From assembly GCF_001194135.2 (NCBI RefSeq), contig NC_068999.1, forward strand, positions 47,697,241 to 47,741,007: DNA of 43,767 bases, in the 5' to 3' direction. The notes below the pieces were generated by a model. It did no database searches and was not told the origin of the DNA. It worked only from the letters and a program-made list of their open reading frames with translations. This document shows positions 1 to 11,950 of this stretch, one piece after another (positions within the stretch are counted from its first letter, which is position 1; every line of letters begins with the position of its first letter). This stretch comes from Octopus bimaculoides. Its lineage: Eukaryota. The position numbers and the translations under genes are program-made.

Positions 1-26
1 ATTTTGTTGATTTTCAAATTAATATC

Positions 27-66
<40 letters not shown>

Positions 67-138
67 GCAAAGCAGAGATGAAAATATTTTGCATTGTACT
101 GCTTTCAATGAAATAGTTTTTGTTTGAGAAAATCTTAC

Positions 139-369
139 TTTGTAAGGCTTCCTTAGCTCTGATTAAATCCTGTGACTTTTGGATAACATCTAGTTTCAAT
201 TCTCCATAGCCTGCTTGGTGGACATGAGGAACATGCTTTATTGTACGAAGATCTTCCAATTCTTGCAGAAGATTGGACACTTGCTGTTCAAGATGTTTGT
301 TTTTCTCAATTAGATATGCGAAATCATTTGTCACACTTGATACTGGGACAATCTGGTTTTGTTGATTAC
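139..369 (-). CDS. KAZN: Kazrin internal coding exon (coiled-coil region), phase 1 to phase 1
   Basis: Acceptor ttctttctttgcag|GT at 370/369 and donor CAAA|gtaaga at 139/138; 231 nt, open. It encodes ...LIEKNKHLEQQVSNLLQELEDLR...ELKLDVIQKSQDLIRAKEALQ, matching the kazrin motif ELARAKEALQ(AMKADRKR) as I recall it from the human protein. The gene continues beyond the left edge. Confidence 0.9.
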
Positions 370-988
370 CTGCAAAGAAAGAACACAAAAGTAAACACAT
401 TTGTTTGGTATTTTAAATATGAGATTTAATGAGGAAAAGAACCTCTTGCATCAAAATTGCTATGGAGTAAATAAAATTGGATATGAAAATAATATTAATT
501 CCAGATATTAATGAGCTGTAGGGACGAAGTATATTAAACGTTTTTATAAGTGATTAATTCCAGGATATTTAGATAATTATAGCAAGCCTATTAGAAACCT
601 TCAACACCTGTCTTTTAGATAGAATATGAGGATTTCAACATTATATAAAGGAACAGGAATTATATTCCAAAAAGCAATTCCAGACAGAAATAGCCACAAT
701 CTGGACCTAAGAATGAACACAATTACAAAAGGAAACCTGATAAAAACAGAGAAATTGTCAACAAATACAGAAATGCTAGCAAAATGACAAACTTAAAAGA
801 CTATCTTTTAGACCCATTTGACAGAATTTACAACACCAGGAGGAACAAACTGAATGAGAATAACTGAAGATAGTTCATTTTTTGCATATAAAATCCTTCA
901 AGCACAATTTTAGTTCTTCCCAGAAACCTTAAAATTCACTTGCCACAATATTCTACATTCAATGAAACACATGATACAAACGCATAAA

Positions 989-1420
989 CATCATCATCAT
1001 CATCATCATTTAACGTCCGCTTTCCATGCTAGCATGGGTTGGACGATCTCACTGGGGACTGGCGGCGAACCAGATGGCTACACCAGACTCCAATCTGATC
1101 TGGCAGAGTTTCTACAGCTGGGTGCCTTTCCTAATGCCAACCACTCCGAGAGTGTAGTGGGTGCTTCTTACATGCCACCGGCACGGAGGGGGCCAGTCCG
1201 GCAGTACTGGTAACAGCCACGCTCAAATGGTGTTTTTTACATGCCACTTGCACAGGAGTCAGTCCAATGTTTTGTTCACATGCCACTGGCACAAGTGCCA
1301 GTAAGGTGAAGCTGGAAACGATTGCGCTCAAATGGTGTGTTCACCAGCATGGAAGCAAGACTGCTGGTCTGGCAGTGATCCCGCTCGGATGGTGCTGTTA
1401 GCGCTCCACTGGCACGGATG
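989..1420 (-). mobile_element. Octopus retroposon (SINE-like, family D here) with a (GAT)n tail
   Basis: (CAT)n followed by tttaacgtccgctttccatgctagcatgggttggacg. Near-identical to 38421-38715 and 24097-24175, and shares the ggatgcccttcctaacgccaacc block with other copies. Confidence 0.85.
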
Positions 1421-2487
1421 CCATATGTATATAAATATATATACATTTATGTATTTTTGTTTTATATATCATCACTGTTTTAATGTTCACTTTTCTATAT
1501 TTGTATGGCTCACATAAAATTCTCTGAGACAGATTTCTAGAGTTAGATACCCTTTCTGTTGCTAATTTCCGTATGTTTCCCAGCAATGGAACTTTACACT
1601 TCTCAGACTCTTCCATTATGGATCTTACTGTACACTGTTGTTAACTAATATATATATGTGTGTTTGTGTTTGTGTGTGTGTGTGTGTGTGTGATGGGCTT
1701 TTGACTTTATTTAAGAATGTAAGAATTTCACACTCATGCCCACTGGTAAATATAAAGTCCATATGATAAAATTAATAGTGAATTACTTCATAGAGTTATA
1801 TATATGATAATACATGACCTAACAAGATTTTACTGGATTCGGTGAGATTGTACATAAGAAATGTATGTTTATAGTTATGCTTACATATCAAGTGTAATCA
1901 AGAAAAATTGCTTGGAATTTAAGCAATAAAGATAAGTCTTCTATTTTAGACGTTATCACAGCTATGTTTCAAAAACATTCTGTCTTCCTTCTGTTTCTTT
2001 TATCAACATAATAATGGTTCCTGCTCCTCTGAACTAGCAAGTTGTGTATCGTTTCAGCCACACCCAACAGATTTACCTGCCTTCCTTCCCCATGTCATTG
2101 CTGGTATGTCTCACCTTCAAAGCACTGTACTTAATACTCCACCAATAATTTATCTCCAATGCTCCACATAATTAAAACACGCTGCCTGCTTACAGTTTCT
2201 ATATGAACTATCTAGCACTGGTTGGGTGTTAATAAAAACTACGTGTTAAAAGGTCTCATAGAAATAAAAAGATATCTTTAGAATTTACGTTGGGATACAA
2301 AAACCATCCAACCCATTCCAGCATGGAAGGAGGATGTTAAACGATGATGATGAGGACGCACACACACACACACACACACACATAAATATATCATCAACAT
2401 CATTTAGCATCTGCTTTCCATGCTGGCATGGGTTAGACAGTTTGACTGAAACTGAATTTCCTTTTATTATAGAATATTTCAAGTTTA

Positions 2488-2657
2488 CAAGGTAATCCAA
2501 CCATGTCTAGTGTGTAAAAAGACCAGCTTTCATTTTGACTTGCATAAATGTCATTGTTAATTTCCGTAAAAATTGTTTTATTTATTTACTGTTGTTATAA
2601 AGTGAAAGAGAGGAGAAAGTGAAAATGTACGTACATGTATATGAAATGGATGTGTAC

Positions 2658-2688
<31 letters not shown>

Positions 2689-2740
2689 TGAGTGAGAGAG
2701 AGTGAGAGAGAGAGTGAAAAGGTGTGTTGTCATGTATGCA

Positions 2741-2780
<40 letters not shown>

Positions 2781-3090
2781 AGTGTCATTTTGAAATCACT
2801 CTCTCTCTCTGTCACACACACAAACACACATACATACAAAAAAAATGTATGCATATGAATTTATGTATGTATGTATACATGACAACACACCCTTTCATGC
2901 CCACTCTCTCTCTCTCTCACACATCCATTTCATATACACATACATGCGTCTTTCCCTTTCTCCTCTCTTTCACTTTAAAACAAAAGTAAATAAATAAATT
3001 TTTATGGAAATTAACAAACAACATTGACATTTATGCAAGTCAAAACTAAAGATGGCCTTTTTGCACACTAAACATAGTTGGACTACCTTG
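2488..3090. mobile_element. Fold-back MITE with long terminal inverted repeats (Tc1/mariner-like ends)
   Basis: The left arm caaggtaatccaaccatgtctagtgtg...aaagtgaaagagaggagaaag... is the reverse complement of the right arm ...ctttctcctctctttcacttt...cacactaaacatagttggactaccttg. Microsatellite expansions lie inside. Confidence 0.8.
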
Positions 3091-3267
3091 ATGTTTGTTT
3101 GAAAAAGGGAGATTATGACTGTGATAAAATAATGAAAGCAGTATTTACTAAGCAGGTGAGCCCTATTATACAAAGAAATGATTAGATGTAAAATATCATA
3201 AAAATGATTAGAATTGAGAATCAAATGCAAAAATATTATCAAGTGGTTAGTAGAAAACCGTCTGGAG

Positions 3268-3315
<48 letters not shown>

Positions 3316-3319
<4 letters not shown>

Positions 3320-3510
3320 TATCAATTACTTGTTTCAGTCATTTGACTGTGGCTATGCTGGAGCACCACCTTGAAGAGTTTTAGTTGAATAAATTGACCT
3401 CAGGACTTATTTTTTAAGCCTAGTACTTATTCTATTGGTGTCTTTTGCTGAACTAAGTTATGGAGATGCAGACACATACAAAGCCACAAAGACACACACA
3501 CATTACAAAA
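3316..3510 (-). mobile_element. tRNA-derived SINE (family B here), 3' portion
   Basis: cttgtttcagtcatttgactgtggctatgctggagcaccacc...gacttatt...ctagtacttattctat is the reverse complement of the family B tail seen at 14640-14835 and 22540-22720. Confidence 0.8.
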
Positions 3511-4556
3511 ATCAGAGACAAAAAAAAAATCATTAACAACAACCAAAACCAGAACTGAATTGAAATTTTTTTAAATGTTTCCAAATTTAAAAGTGAAATA
3601 TATCTAATAATAAATACGTTTTTTAGCTTCCCCTCAAAAGTATCTGGCCATAAACAATACACACAATAGATGCATAGTATTCATGGGAAAATTATGACCT
3701 AGACAATAGCACAGCAGCACACATGAAAGAAAGGAAATTGCACTAAGCTTGTATATGAATATGAAAGTCAGGTACAACTGACTTGTTGGATTTAGTAATA
3801 TACACTAGACTTGTATATATACACTAGACTTGTTACATTTAAATATTGATAATTTGTGACTTTGGTTTATCATCCATATTTTATAGAAGCATATCTCCAC
3901 CTCTTTTTGTGTTTATGTTAATGAGAAATTTTATACGGGGTACGTCACATGACCATAGTGTATCATTGGTAATAATGTAGACAGGTTGTCAGTGTGAAAT
4001 ATAACAGTTTAGGTCAGCTCAGCCCATTTTGTCCCAAATACTTCTAAAAGCATGTGTGATTGACATACTTTAAGTTTGCATGAAATCAGTTGAAAAGTGC
4101 AAATGTTATTGTCAGTTGTTGCTGGCCACTGTCAACATGATTACTTAACACACACACGTATGAGACTTAACATACACACACACACACATGTATATGTGTA
4201 AAATGGCAATGATGATGATGATTATGTAGCATGACTGTTCTTTTTTGTTTATTTCATTTTTTTGTTTGCTTTTTCCATGTTGGCCACGGGTTGGACGAGA
4301 TGTCATCTTCAAGCAGTATTCAATGGCCTGATTCCCTTCCTGATGTGAACCATAGCAAAAAAGTGTGTTTTATTCCACTGGTCTTTGTACATTGAATCAT
4401 TGAGCTTCAGGCCATCAACGAGAACTGTCACAGCACAAGTGATGTCAGTATGAAGGCATGTGGAAGTACACACACACACAAACTATTTTGGGAAAATGTC
4501 TTCTTCCTAAGTTGACAAATACCTTGTGAGTCAAAATTAGTAGATGGAGACTGTGC

Positions 4557-4621
4557 AGATAGATAGGTAGATAGATAGATAGGTAGATAGATAGATAGGT
4601 AGATAAATAGACGGATGGATG

Positions 4622-4711
<90 letters not shown>

Positions 4712-4800
4712 CGGATGGATGAATGGATAGATAGATAGACAGATGGATGGACAGACTGACAGATAGATAGATTGATAGCTAGAGAGATAGATAGATAGAT
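4557..4800. repeat. (ATAG)n / (ATGG)n tetranucleotide microsatellite
   Basis: Directly visible AGAT array; it explains the SIYL-repeat ORFs. Confidence 0.98.
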
Positions 4801-6240
4801 ATGGTTCCAAACTAATATATCTACTTGACAATGTTTGTTAAGCAACAGTAAAATTGTTTAGAAAAATGCACTGATTAAAATTTCAAAAGAATAAGATTCA
4901 AGAAATGAATCTCATAAAATTTATATTGTTTACAATAAAAGTAAAGAAAAACAGTAATAAAAGTTTATTCTACTTTCATCTAAAAGCTCTGTTTTTTTAA
5001 GGGGTGGCAGATTTTGATGTTTGTACTCATCATGTCTTTCTTTAAGAACATAAATATTACAACTGATCTGGTTTCAACTAGGAATTAAAACCACAGGAAT
5101 GAATTCTCTTTGCCATATGCCAGTTGCAACAGATTTAGCTATATACCAGCTGCAACAGACTTACTATTTGCTTGTTGCAACAATAATAATAATTGTTATT
5201 ATTCTCTGCAACTGCACGTATACACCCATCTCTCCAGCACTGTGCTGTCACATTTGTGCTAAATATACCGATTTCTTTTTTTAAACATGCAACCTCACAT
5301 GTATAATAAAAAATGTTAAGTGGTCATGTTTTTGTATTTTGTTTATGTAAGGAGAGTCATGAGGCTGATCTAGGAAACAAATGCCAAACTTAAAATGTTG
5401 TAGAAATTCATAATCTAGAAGCCAGAAGCCTGAGATTTATTTTTCACTTGCATGCATGCATATATGCCAGCATACATACAGACATACAAACATATAGACA
5501 TACCTGCCTATATACATACAAATAGACATATAAACAAGCAGGCATGCATGCATACATACATACCATTGTAGTACCTGTTAAATACAACTAGGTTTATTTT
5601 TGATTCTTTTCAGTAATTCTTAATGTTTTTATTTCAAACTTTGCTCCATTTTCTTCTTGTATTTCGTTTTATCTTCTTTCAGCTATTCTATTTACTACCA
5701 CTCACTTTTATTACTCTCACTGACTCACTTATATATTCTATCATTTCTCTTTCTCTCTCTCTCTCTAAATATAGGTGAGTGTGTCTGTACACACACACAC
5801 ACACAACCTTGAGCCCCAATCAGATCACTTGTATAATAGAAACTATGAACTACCTCTCATGAGATATTTGACCAGTTCATGAACTTCATCATATGTGTTT
5901 ACTCCAATTTTGAACTACTTCCCTTTATTTCTGTTACATCTGAATTTCTGGTTCCCTGTTCCTCTATCAGAGGTTCCACAGCATCTTCATTTCTTGAACT
6001 GAAAACTCATTCAGTAACAGTTCCTGATCAATACCCTTTCAAGTAAAGATACTTCTCAAATGACTCTGGGATTTTATAATTTCTCTTACTAGTAGTTACT
6101 TTAATCATTGCCAAAAAAGGCCCTTAGATGTCTTGGTTCAAGATATCTAAAGATTTTTCTTCCAGGTTTTCAGTATTTTCAGAATCATTTAAACAGACTC
6201 TGCAATGGGAGCCAAGTCACCAATACATAAGAAAACAGAA

Positions 6241-6558
6241 ATGCCACTCTGTTGGTTATGACGATGAGGGTTCCAGTTGATCTGATAAATAGAACAACCT
6301 GCTTGTGAAATTAATATGCAAACAGCTGACCATACCACAGGTATGTGTATCCTTAATGTACTTCTCAGGAAGATTCAGTGTGATACAAAATTCGCCATTT
6401 GAAATTCAGGTACAACTCATTTTTGCCAGCTAAGTGGACTGGAGCAATGTGAAATAAAGTGTCTTGCTCAAGGACACAATGCATCGCCAGGAATTGAACT
6501 TGGGAGCTTACAACCATGTGCTAAATATACCCTAACCACTAAGCTGTGCACCTTCACT
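6241..6558 (-). mobile_element. tRNA-derived SINE (family A here)
   Basis: Reverse complement of the copy at 36523-36846 (shared gaaataaagtgtcttgctcaaggacacaa and actcatttttgccagct blocks). Confidence 0.85.
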
Positions 6559-7316
6559 CAACAATACATAGAAGTTTCCCCAAAACAAATAGTTCCACTG
6601 AAATGTGAAGTTGTCAAGGAAGAGCATTGTGTTATAGCATTGCCTGGCAGAATTCATGAGAGATCTCCAACTACAGGGAAAGAATCAACTAGCAAAAAGC
6701 TTAATAAACTAGAGAATTAGATGCAATGGTTTATAACAGAGATCCTGCTTAGTTTCTTGTATATAAGAAGGTGGTCCTGTTCAGAAAGTAGAAAGACTAT
6801 TTTCTTAAGATGAGCAGTTAGATGAGAGAAGTAATAGCATTGTTGGCAGGCTGACAAACAACTTACAAGAAGCTACTTTGGTAAACCAATATATATATAT
6901 ATATATATACATACATACAAACACTTTGCAAAAACAAAGGGTTATGTTGAAGAACTACTAAAAGTTGTAGATAAATTCTGAAAATTCAGTTAATGTTCCT
7001 GTCTCTTCTACAGAGAAATTGGTATGCTGGATACAAATGAAATTCTGCAAACAGTTGTTTATAGAATGTGATACGTGAGATTAGGATAACTGTAGAATGT
7101 AATCTAATGAAAAAGAAAACAAAAATAATACTAATAGGTGGAATAGTGTTTCTGTTATATTCTTGAGGAACAGACATAAAAATCTTCAAAGTTATAGTCA
7201 AGGCTTTTCAAAAAAATGCATTGCAAACATATCTAATCTTTTATTTTTTACTCATTATTAGTCTGTGGCTACACTGGGGCACCACCTTGAAGTGGTTTAG
7301 TCAACAAATTGACCCT

Positions 7317-7503
7317 AGTCATGGCTTAGGACTCATGTTACTCTAATTTAGCCCCAGAAGACATCATCTCCAGCTGGCTATATGACACGACCTTACATTT
7401 TCGAACAAGGGAAAATGTAAGGACACAGATCGTGTTGTATAGCCAACTGGAGACAATGTCTCCTGAGGCTAAATTACAGCAACATTCGTCCTAAACCAGG
7501 ACT
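7317..7503. repeat. Palindromic hairpin element (MITE-like) interrupting a family B SINE
   Basis: The arm ttagccccagaagacatcatctccagctggctatatgacacga-ccttacattttc pairs with gaaaatgtaagg(acacaga)tcgtgttgtatagccaactggagacaatgtctcctgaggctaa; pairing extends outward. Confidence 0.8.
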
Positions 7504-7589
7504 GCCATGTTATGTTGGCAAACAATCTTTACTACAAAGTACTGTTGCTGAATATCTCACGTTGTGAGATTTTAAAAAATAGTAAATTA

Positions 7590-7850
7590 ACCCCAGTTCT
7601 TATTTTTAAGTTTGATACTTATTCTATCAGTCTCTTTTACTAAACTGCTAAGTTATGGGGATGTAAACAAACCAACACTGGTTATCAAGCAGTGGTGGTG
7701 TGGACACAAACATGCACGCGCGCGCGCACACACACACCACACAATGTTTTTGTCTTCCAAATCCACTCACAGTGCACTGGTTGGCCCAGGGCTATAGTAG
7801 GAGACACTTGTCCCAAGGTGCCACACAGTGGACAAAACTTATGGGATGAC
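7590..7850 (-). mobile_element. tRNA-derived SINE (family B), minus copy; its tail continues at about 7240-7316
   Basis: Contains gacacttgtcccaaggtgccacacagtgg, caaatccactcaca and a central (CA)n, as in other family B copies. Confidence 0.8.
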
Positions 7851-7907
7851 CTGATATATATATATATCGTCATATATATTTAGCCTTGTATGTCAAAATG
7901 GGAGAGT

Positions 7908-7947
<40 letters not shown>

Positions 7948-7953
<6 letters not shown>

Positions 7954-7985
7954 TAGGGTTAGGGTTAGAGTTAGGGTTAGGGTTA
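7948..7985 (+). repeat. Interstitial telomeric repeat (TTAGGG) of about 6 units, one a TTAGAG variant
   Basis: tagggttagggttagggttagagttagggttagggtta lies directly between a (TA)n tract and the maT element. Confidence 0.95.
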
Positions 7986-9110
7986 TTTGAGGTAAGGTAT
8001 TTGAGGACATACATTTTTGGGGGTCACTGCTGCATTTTTGCTAACTCTTTATAATCTTTGTTTCAGAAAATAATAATGGCAAATCCTCAGCTTACTCAAG
8101 AAATGAAGAGGCATGCTGTTATTGTGGTTATAAAAGCTTAGCATAGCGATTTAGAAATATCTCAATTTTTAAAATTTGCCAGATTTTTCGTCTACAAAAT
8201 TTGTAAGGAGCCAGTGACTGAAGATGGAAACGTATCACCAGTATCAAAGCATAAAAAGCATTCTAAACACTCTGAAATCATCAGAATACCTGAATTTATT
8301 CAGCAAGTTCAACAGATCATTGATTACAATCCCAGAAAGTCCATGAGGTCAATTGCAAAAGATCTCCATGTGTCAGAAGGAACAGTTTGAAATGTTGTCC
8401 ACGAAGACATCAGATATAAGTCTCATGTGATGAGGATAGGTCAATTTGTCAGAAAAAGCGAAAGAAAATCACTACATCATATCTAAAAGACTCTTACTGA
8501 AAAATCCTGCAGAAGAAGATTTGATTTTGTTTTTCTCAAATGAGAAAAATGTCAACCAAGATCAAAAAGTTAACAGAAGAAATGACAGATGACTGACCCT
8601 TCTGAAGTTCCACATGTTATGGATACAAAATTTCCTGCAACTGTCATGGTTTTAGGGGTTATCAGCAATGAACGACATGTGATGCCTCCTTACTTGTTTC
8701 CACAAGTTCTTAGAGTTAACTCTGCCGCCTACACTGAGGCCCTGGAAATAATTGTTAAACCCTGGATAGACAGTGTATGCAATGGAAGGTCATATGTGTT
8801 TCAGTAAGACTCTGCACTATCACACAAGGCTCTAGTAACACAAGAATGGATGGCTGAAAATTTTCATGATCACATAATCCCTAAAATTTACTTCCTAATT
8901 CCCCAGATCTCAATCCATGGGACTATTACATGTGGTGCGATGTTGAGAGAGAGGTCAATGAACACACCTATCACACCAAAGGTTCTTTGAAAGCTGCCAT
9001 AGTCAGAGTAATGTCCAAAAGGAACCGGGACCACTTGATTCGAGCTTGTAGGGGATTTAGATCTCCTGTAGAAGCAGTTGTTGAAGCTGAAGGTGGCTTT
9101 ATAGAATTAC
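7981..9110 (+). mobile_element. Tc1/mariner superfamily transposon, maT (DD37D) type, with a pseudogenised transposase from ATG 8076; right end lost in the gap
   Basis: Frame fragments read MANPQLTQEMKRHAV..., FPATVMVLGVISNE..MPP, FQ*DSALSHKA...NSPDLNPWDYYMW...EAEGGFIE. There are 37 residues between the second and third Asp after restoring a 1-nt deletion. Multiple stops and frameshifts. Confidence 0.9.
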
Positions 9111-9287
9111 NNNNNNNNNNNNNNNNNNNNNNNNNNNNNNNNNNNNNNNNNNNNNNNNNNNNNNNNNNNNNNNNNNNNNNNNNNNNNNNNNNNNNNNTAT
9201 TGTAAGAGAACTATATTTTAGAGGAAAAATATATTTCAGAACATTTAAGTACGATTCAGCAATTAAAATAGTAGCAGGTTTACTTAC

Positions 9288-9641
9288 AATCATTGTCATG
9301 AAATGTTAAAGGCAAAAGGTGTTGATTAGGTTTAGAACTTTCACTGGTGATTTGTGTGAGGCGTTTGTTGGTACTAGCAAGTTCTGATCGTAATGCATTT
9401 ACTTCTTGGTTAGCTAAGTGAATAGAGCCATCTATACGTGCTGCAAGCTGCTTATTGTCTTCGACCATTTTCCGAAATTTACTTTGGGCGTCCATCAACA
9501 AACGCCTAATAAGTAACATGGAGGAGCGCAGAGTTTCATGTTCTTGAGAAGACAGTTCCCGGTCCAAGTCAAGAGTAACATCTCGTGGCAGAAAGATGTA
9601 TTGTACAATTTGGTCGTTCAAAGAATCCAGTGATTGAATAG
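9288..9641 (-). CDS. KAZN: Kazrin coding exon containing the conserved N-terminal coiled coil, phase 1 to phase 1
   Basis: Acceptor ttctgtcttcttgcag|CT at 9642/9641 and donor GATT|gtaagt at 9288/9287; 354 nt, open. It encodes MVEDNKQLAARIDGSIHLANQEVNALRSELASTNKRL, versus recalled human kazrin MMEDNKQLALRIDGAVQSASQEVTNLRAELTATNRRL. The phase fits exon 139-369. Confidence 0.93.
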
Positions 9642-9857
9642 CTGCAAGAAGACAGAAATGACAATACTTTAGTTGAATTGAAAATGTTCTGCAAAGAAAT
9701 GCTATCTTTTCTTTAACTTATTGAGTTTCAGGTTTACCATTTCCAAAAAGAGTCTTGAAACAATCAAGGCTTCTTTTTGCTTATTTACATACTCCTAAAA
9801 ATGTATATACATAAATATACATATGCATATATACACACATATATGTACACACACACA

Positions 9858-9902
<45 letters not shown>

Positions 9903-9943
9903 CCAAAATTTTTCCAGTCTTTTGTTTAAACATATAGATACAC

Positions 9944-9984
<41 letters not shown>

Positions 9985-10052
9985 AAAACTTGTCCCTTAT
10001 TTTGTCTTTTTTTATGGCCATTATCTAATGTGTACACACACACACACACACT

Positions 10053-10083
<31 letters not shown>

Positions 10084-10647
10084 TACACATATATGTAAAG
10101 AGGCATTGTCTGTAAAATTTACACTGAAAAGAAACATATTCAAATGTATCAGATGAAAAATTCAATTTTGATATTGATTATAAATTGCCATTAGCTCTGC
10201 AATAAATAAAAATGAATAAATAAATAAATAAATAAATAGATAAATAAGCAAACAAGGGGGAGAAGTCTGTACAATGTAACCCTTGAGTCAGTGATGAAAG
10301 ATGATCAGAATATGACGTAGAGTGTGCTTTTAGGCAGGATATTTCATTTTGCTTATGTATAACCAACTGAGATGTATATAGGTGACTAGGGAGCTCTACA
10401 TGTGTTCTTCATAAGGGGACCAGACACCCACCCCATCTGAGAGGAGCCTGGCCACATGATGAAGAAGTTAAAAATAAAGTAAATGCTTAGACATATTGTC
10501 TTATACAGTTGAGATGGTTTCAAATCTTTAAAACTTTCTATCACCATTACAAAAAGAGAAGAGCTATATGTAGACAAACTTTATTTTCTAATTAATAAAG
10601 AGGTGGGAAGAGGGGCACAAAAGTTTCCATATTACTTCTTTGGGTGG

Positions 10648-10659
10648 ACGTTAAATGAC

Positions 10660-10694
<35 letters not shown>
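10648..10694 (+). repeat. (GAT)n tail of a short family D retroposon fragment (ggacgttaaatgacgatgatg)
   Basis: Visible trinucleotide array preceded by the family D terminal motif. Confidence 0.8.
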
Positions 10695-10695
<1 letters not shown>

Positions 10696-10706
10696 ATATA
10701 TATATA

Positions 10707-10747
<41 letters not shown>

Positions 10748-11279
10748 CATAAAATATGATGAAAAGTATTTTAAATAAATGTTATTGTCTTTCATTTATG
10801 GATTTTTTCCTTTTATTTATGATTTTTTTCTACAGATTATATTTCTGATTATATTTCTTTTTCATGAAAATTCTTCTTAAGGTGGGCAGTGCTCCAGTGA
10901 TGGAAATGATACCTTTCTGATACCTGTGTTCTACACGGTTCATAAAATTCAAATAATGTACTTTGAACCACAAATATGTGAGACTCCATAAAAAGCAACA
11001 AGAAAATACAATGGTAGGAAAAGTGTAAAACATTTCCAAATTTGCAAGACCCAACCGACTCATGGTAGACTGGAAACAGAAAAGAAGAAAAATTTGTGTC
11101 TGCTGTAAAAGTGGAATTTTAATTATCCTTAGTCACTATATTATAATATTATTCTATATTACACCATAAAGTCATTATATTATTTTAATGATCTCAGTAA
11201 GCAGTTTCTTTTTTTGAAATTAAAAAGGGAAATTCAAAATTCAGACAAATATTTAAATGAAAAGAATCATCAATGTGAA

Positions 11280-11950
11280 GTTAATATTGGTTTTGAATTT
11301 TGGGATAAGGGCAAGAATTTCAGGGAAGGGTGTAAGGCGATTACATCAACCCCAGTGTTCAACTGGTACTTTTTTTATGAACTCCGAAAGGATGGAAGGT
11401 AAAGGTGACCTTGGTGGAATCTGAACTCAGAACATAAGGATGGATGAAATACTTTTTTTTTTTTTTACTACTATAGCTACAAGGCCTGAAATTTCAGGGT
11501 AGGAGGTGAGTCGATTACATCGACCCCAGCATGCAGCAGGTACTTAATTTATCGACCCTGAAAGGATGAAAGGTGGAATTTGAATTCAGAACATAGACAG
11601 ATGAAATACCACTAAGCATTTAGCCTGGTATGCAAATGGTTCTGGCAGGTCACCTTAGATGGATGAAATACTGCTAAGAATTTTGCCCAGAATGCTAAGA
11701 ATTCTACCAGTTTGCCACCTTATGTAAGGTTAATATTGGTTTCGAATTTTGGCACAAGGCCAGCAATTTCTGGAGAGTGGGTATGTCAATTACATCGACC
11801 CTAGTTCTCAACTGGTCCTTATTCTATCAACCCTGAAAGGATGAAAGGCAAAGTCGACCTCAGTGGAATTTGAACTCAGAATGTATAGACAGATGAAATG
11901 CTGCAAAGCATTTTGACTGGCATGCCCATTGTGCCAGCTCCCTGCCTTTT
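11280..11950 (-). mobile_element. Cluster of three family C SINE copies, one nested in another
   Basis: Repeated gattacatcgacccc...gaaaggatgaaagg...gaatttgaactcagaa blocks. The copy at 11454-11657 is flanked by a 15-bp direct repeat. Confidence 0.85.

Noticed and set aside
241-429. 62-aa plus-strand ORF
   Set aside because: It is the antisense shadow of the kazrin exon 139-369, with no independent support.
962-1213. ORF with a poly-His tract resembling a His tag
   Set aside because: The His run is the (CAT)n tail of a family D retroposon.
4445-4845. SIYL-repeat ORFs, and all YI/HT/CV/RE-repeat ORFs elsewhere
   Set aside because: They are translations of microsatellites, not genes.
5120-5215. 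Four TGCAAC motifs (two as the palindrome GTTGCAAC) within about 100 bp, a possible transcription factor cluster
   Set aside because: They do not match a full consensus I can name, and short motifs cluster by chance. Conservation data would be needed.
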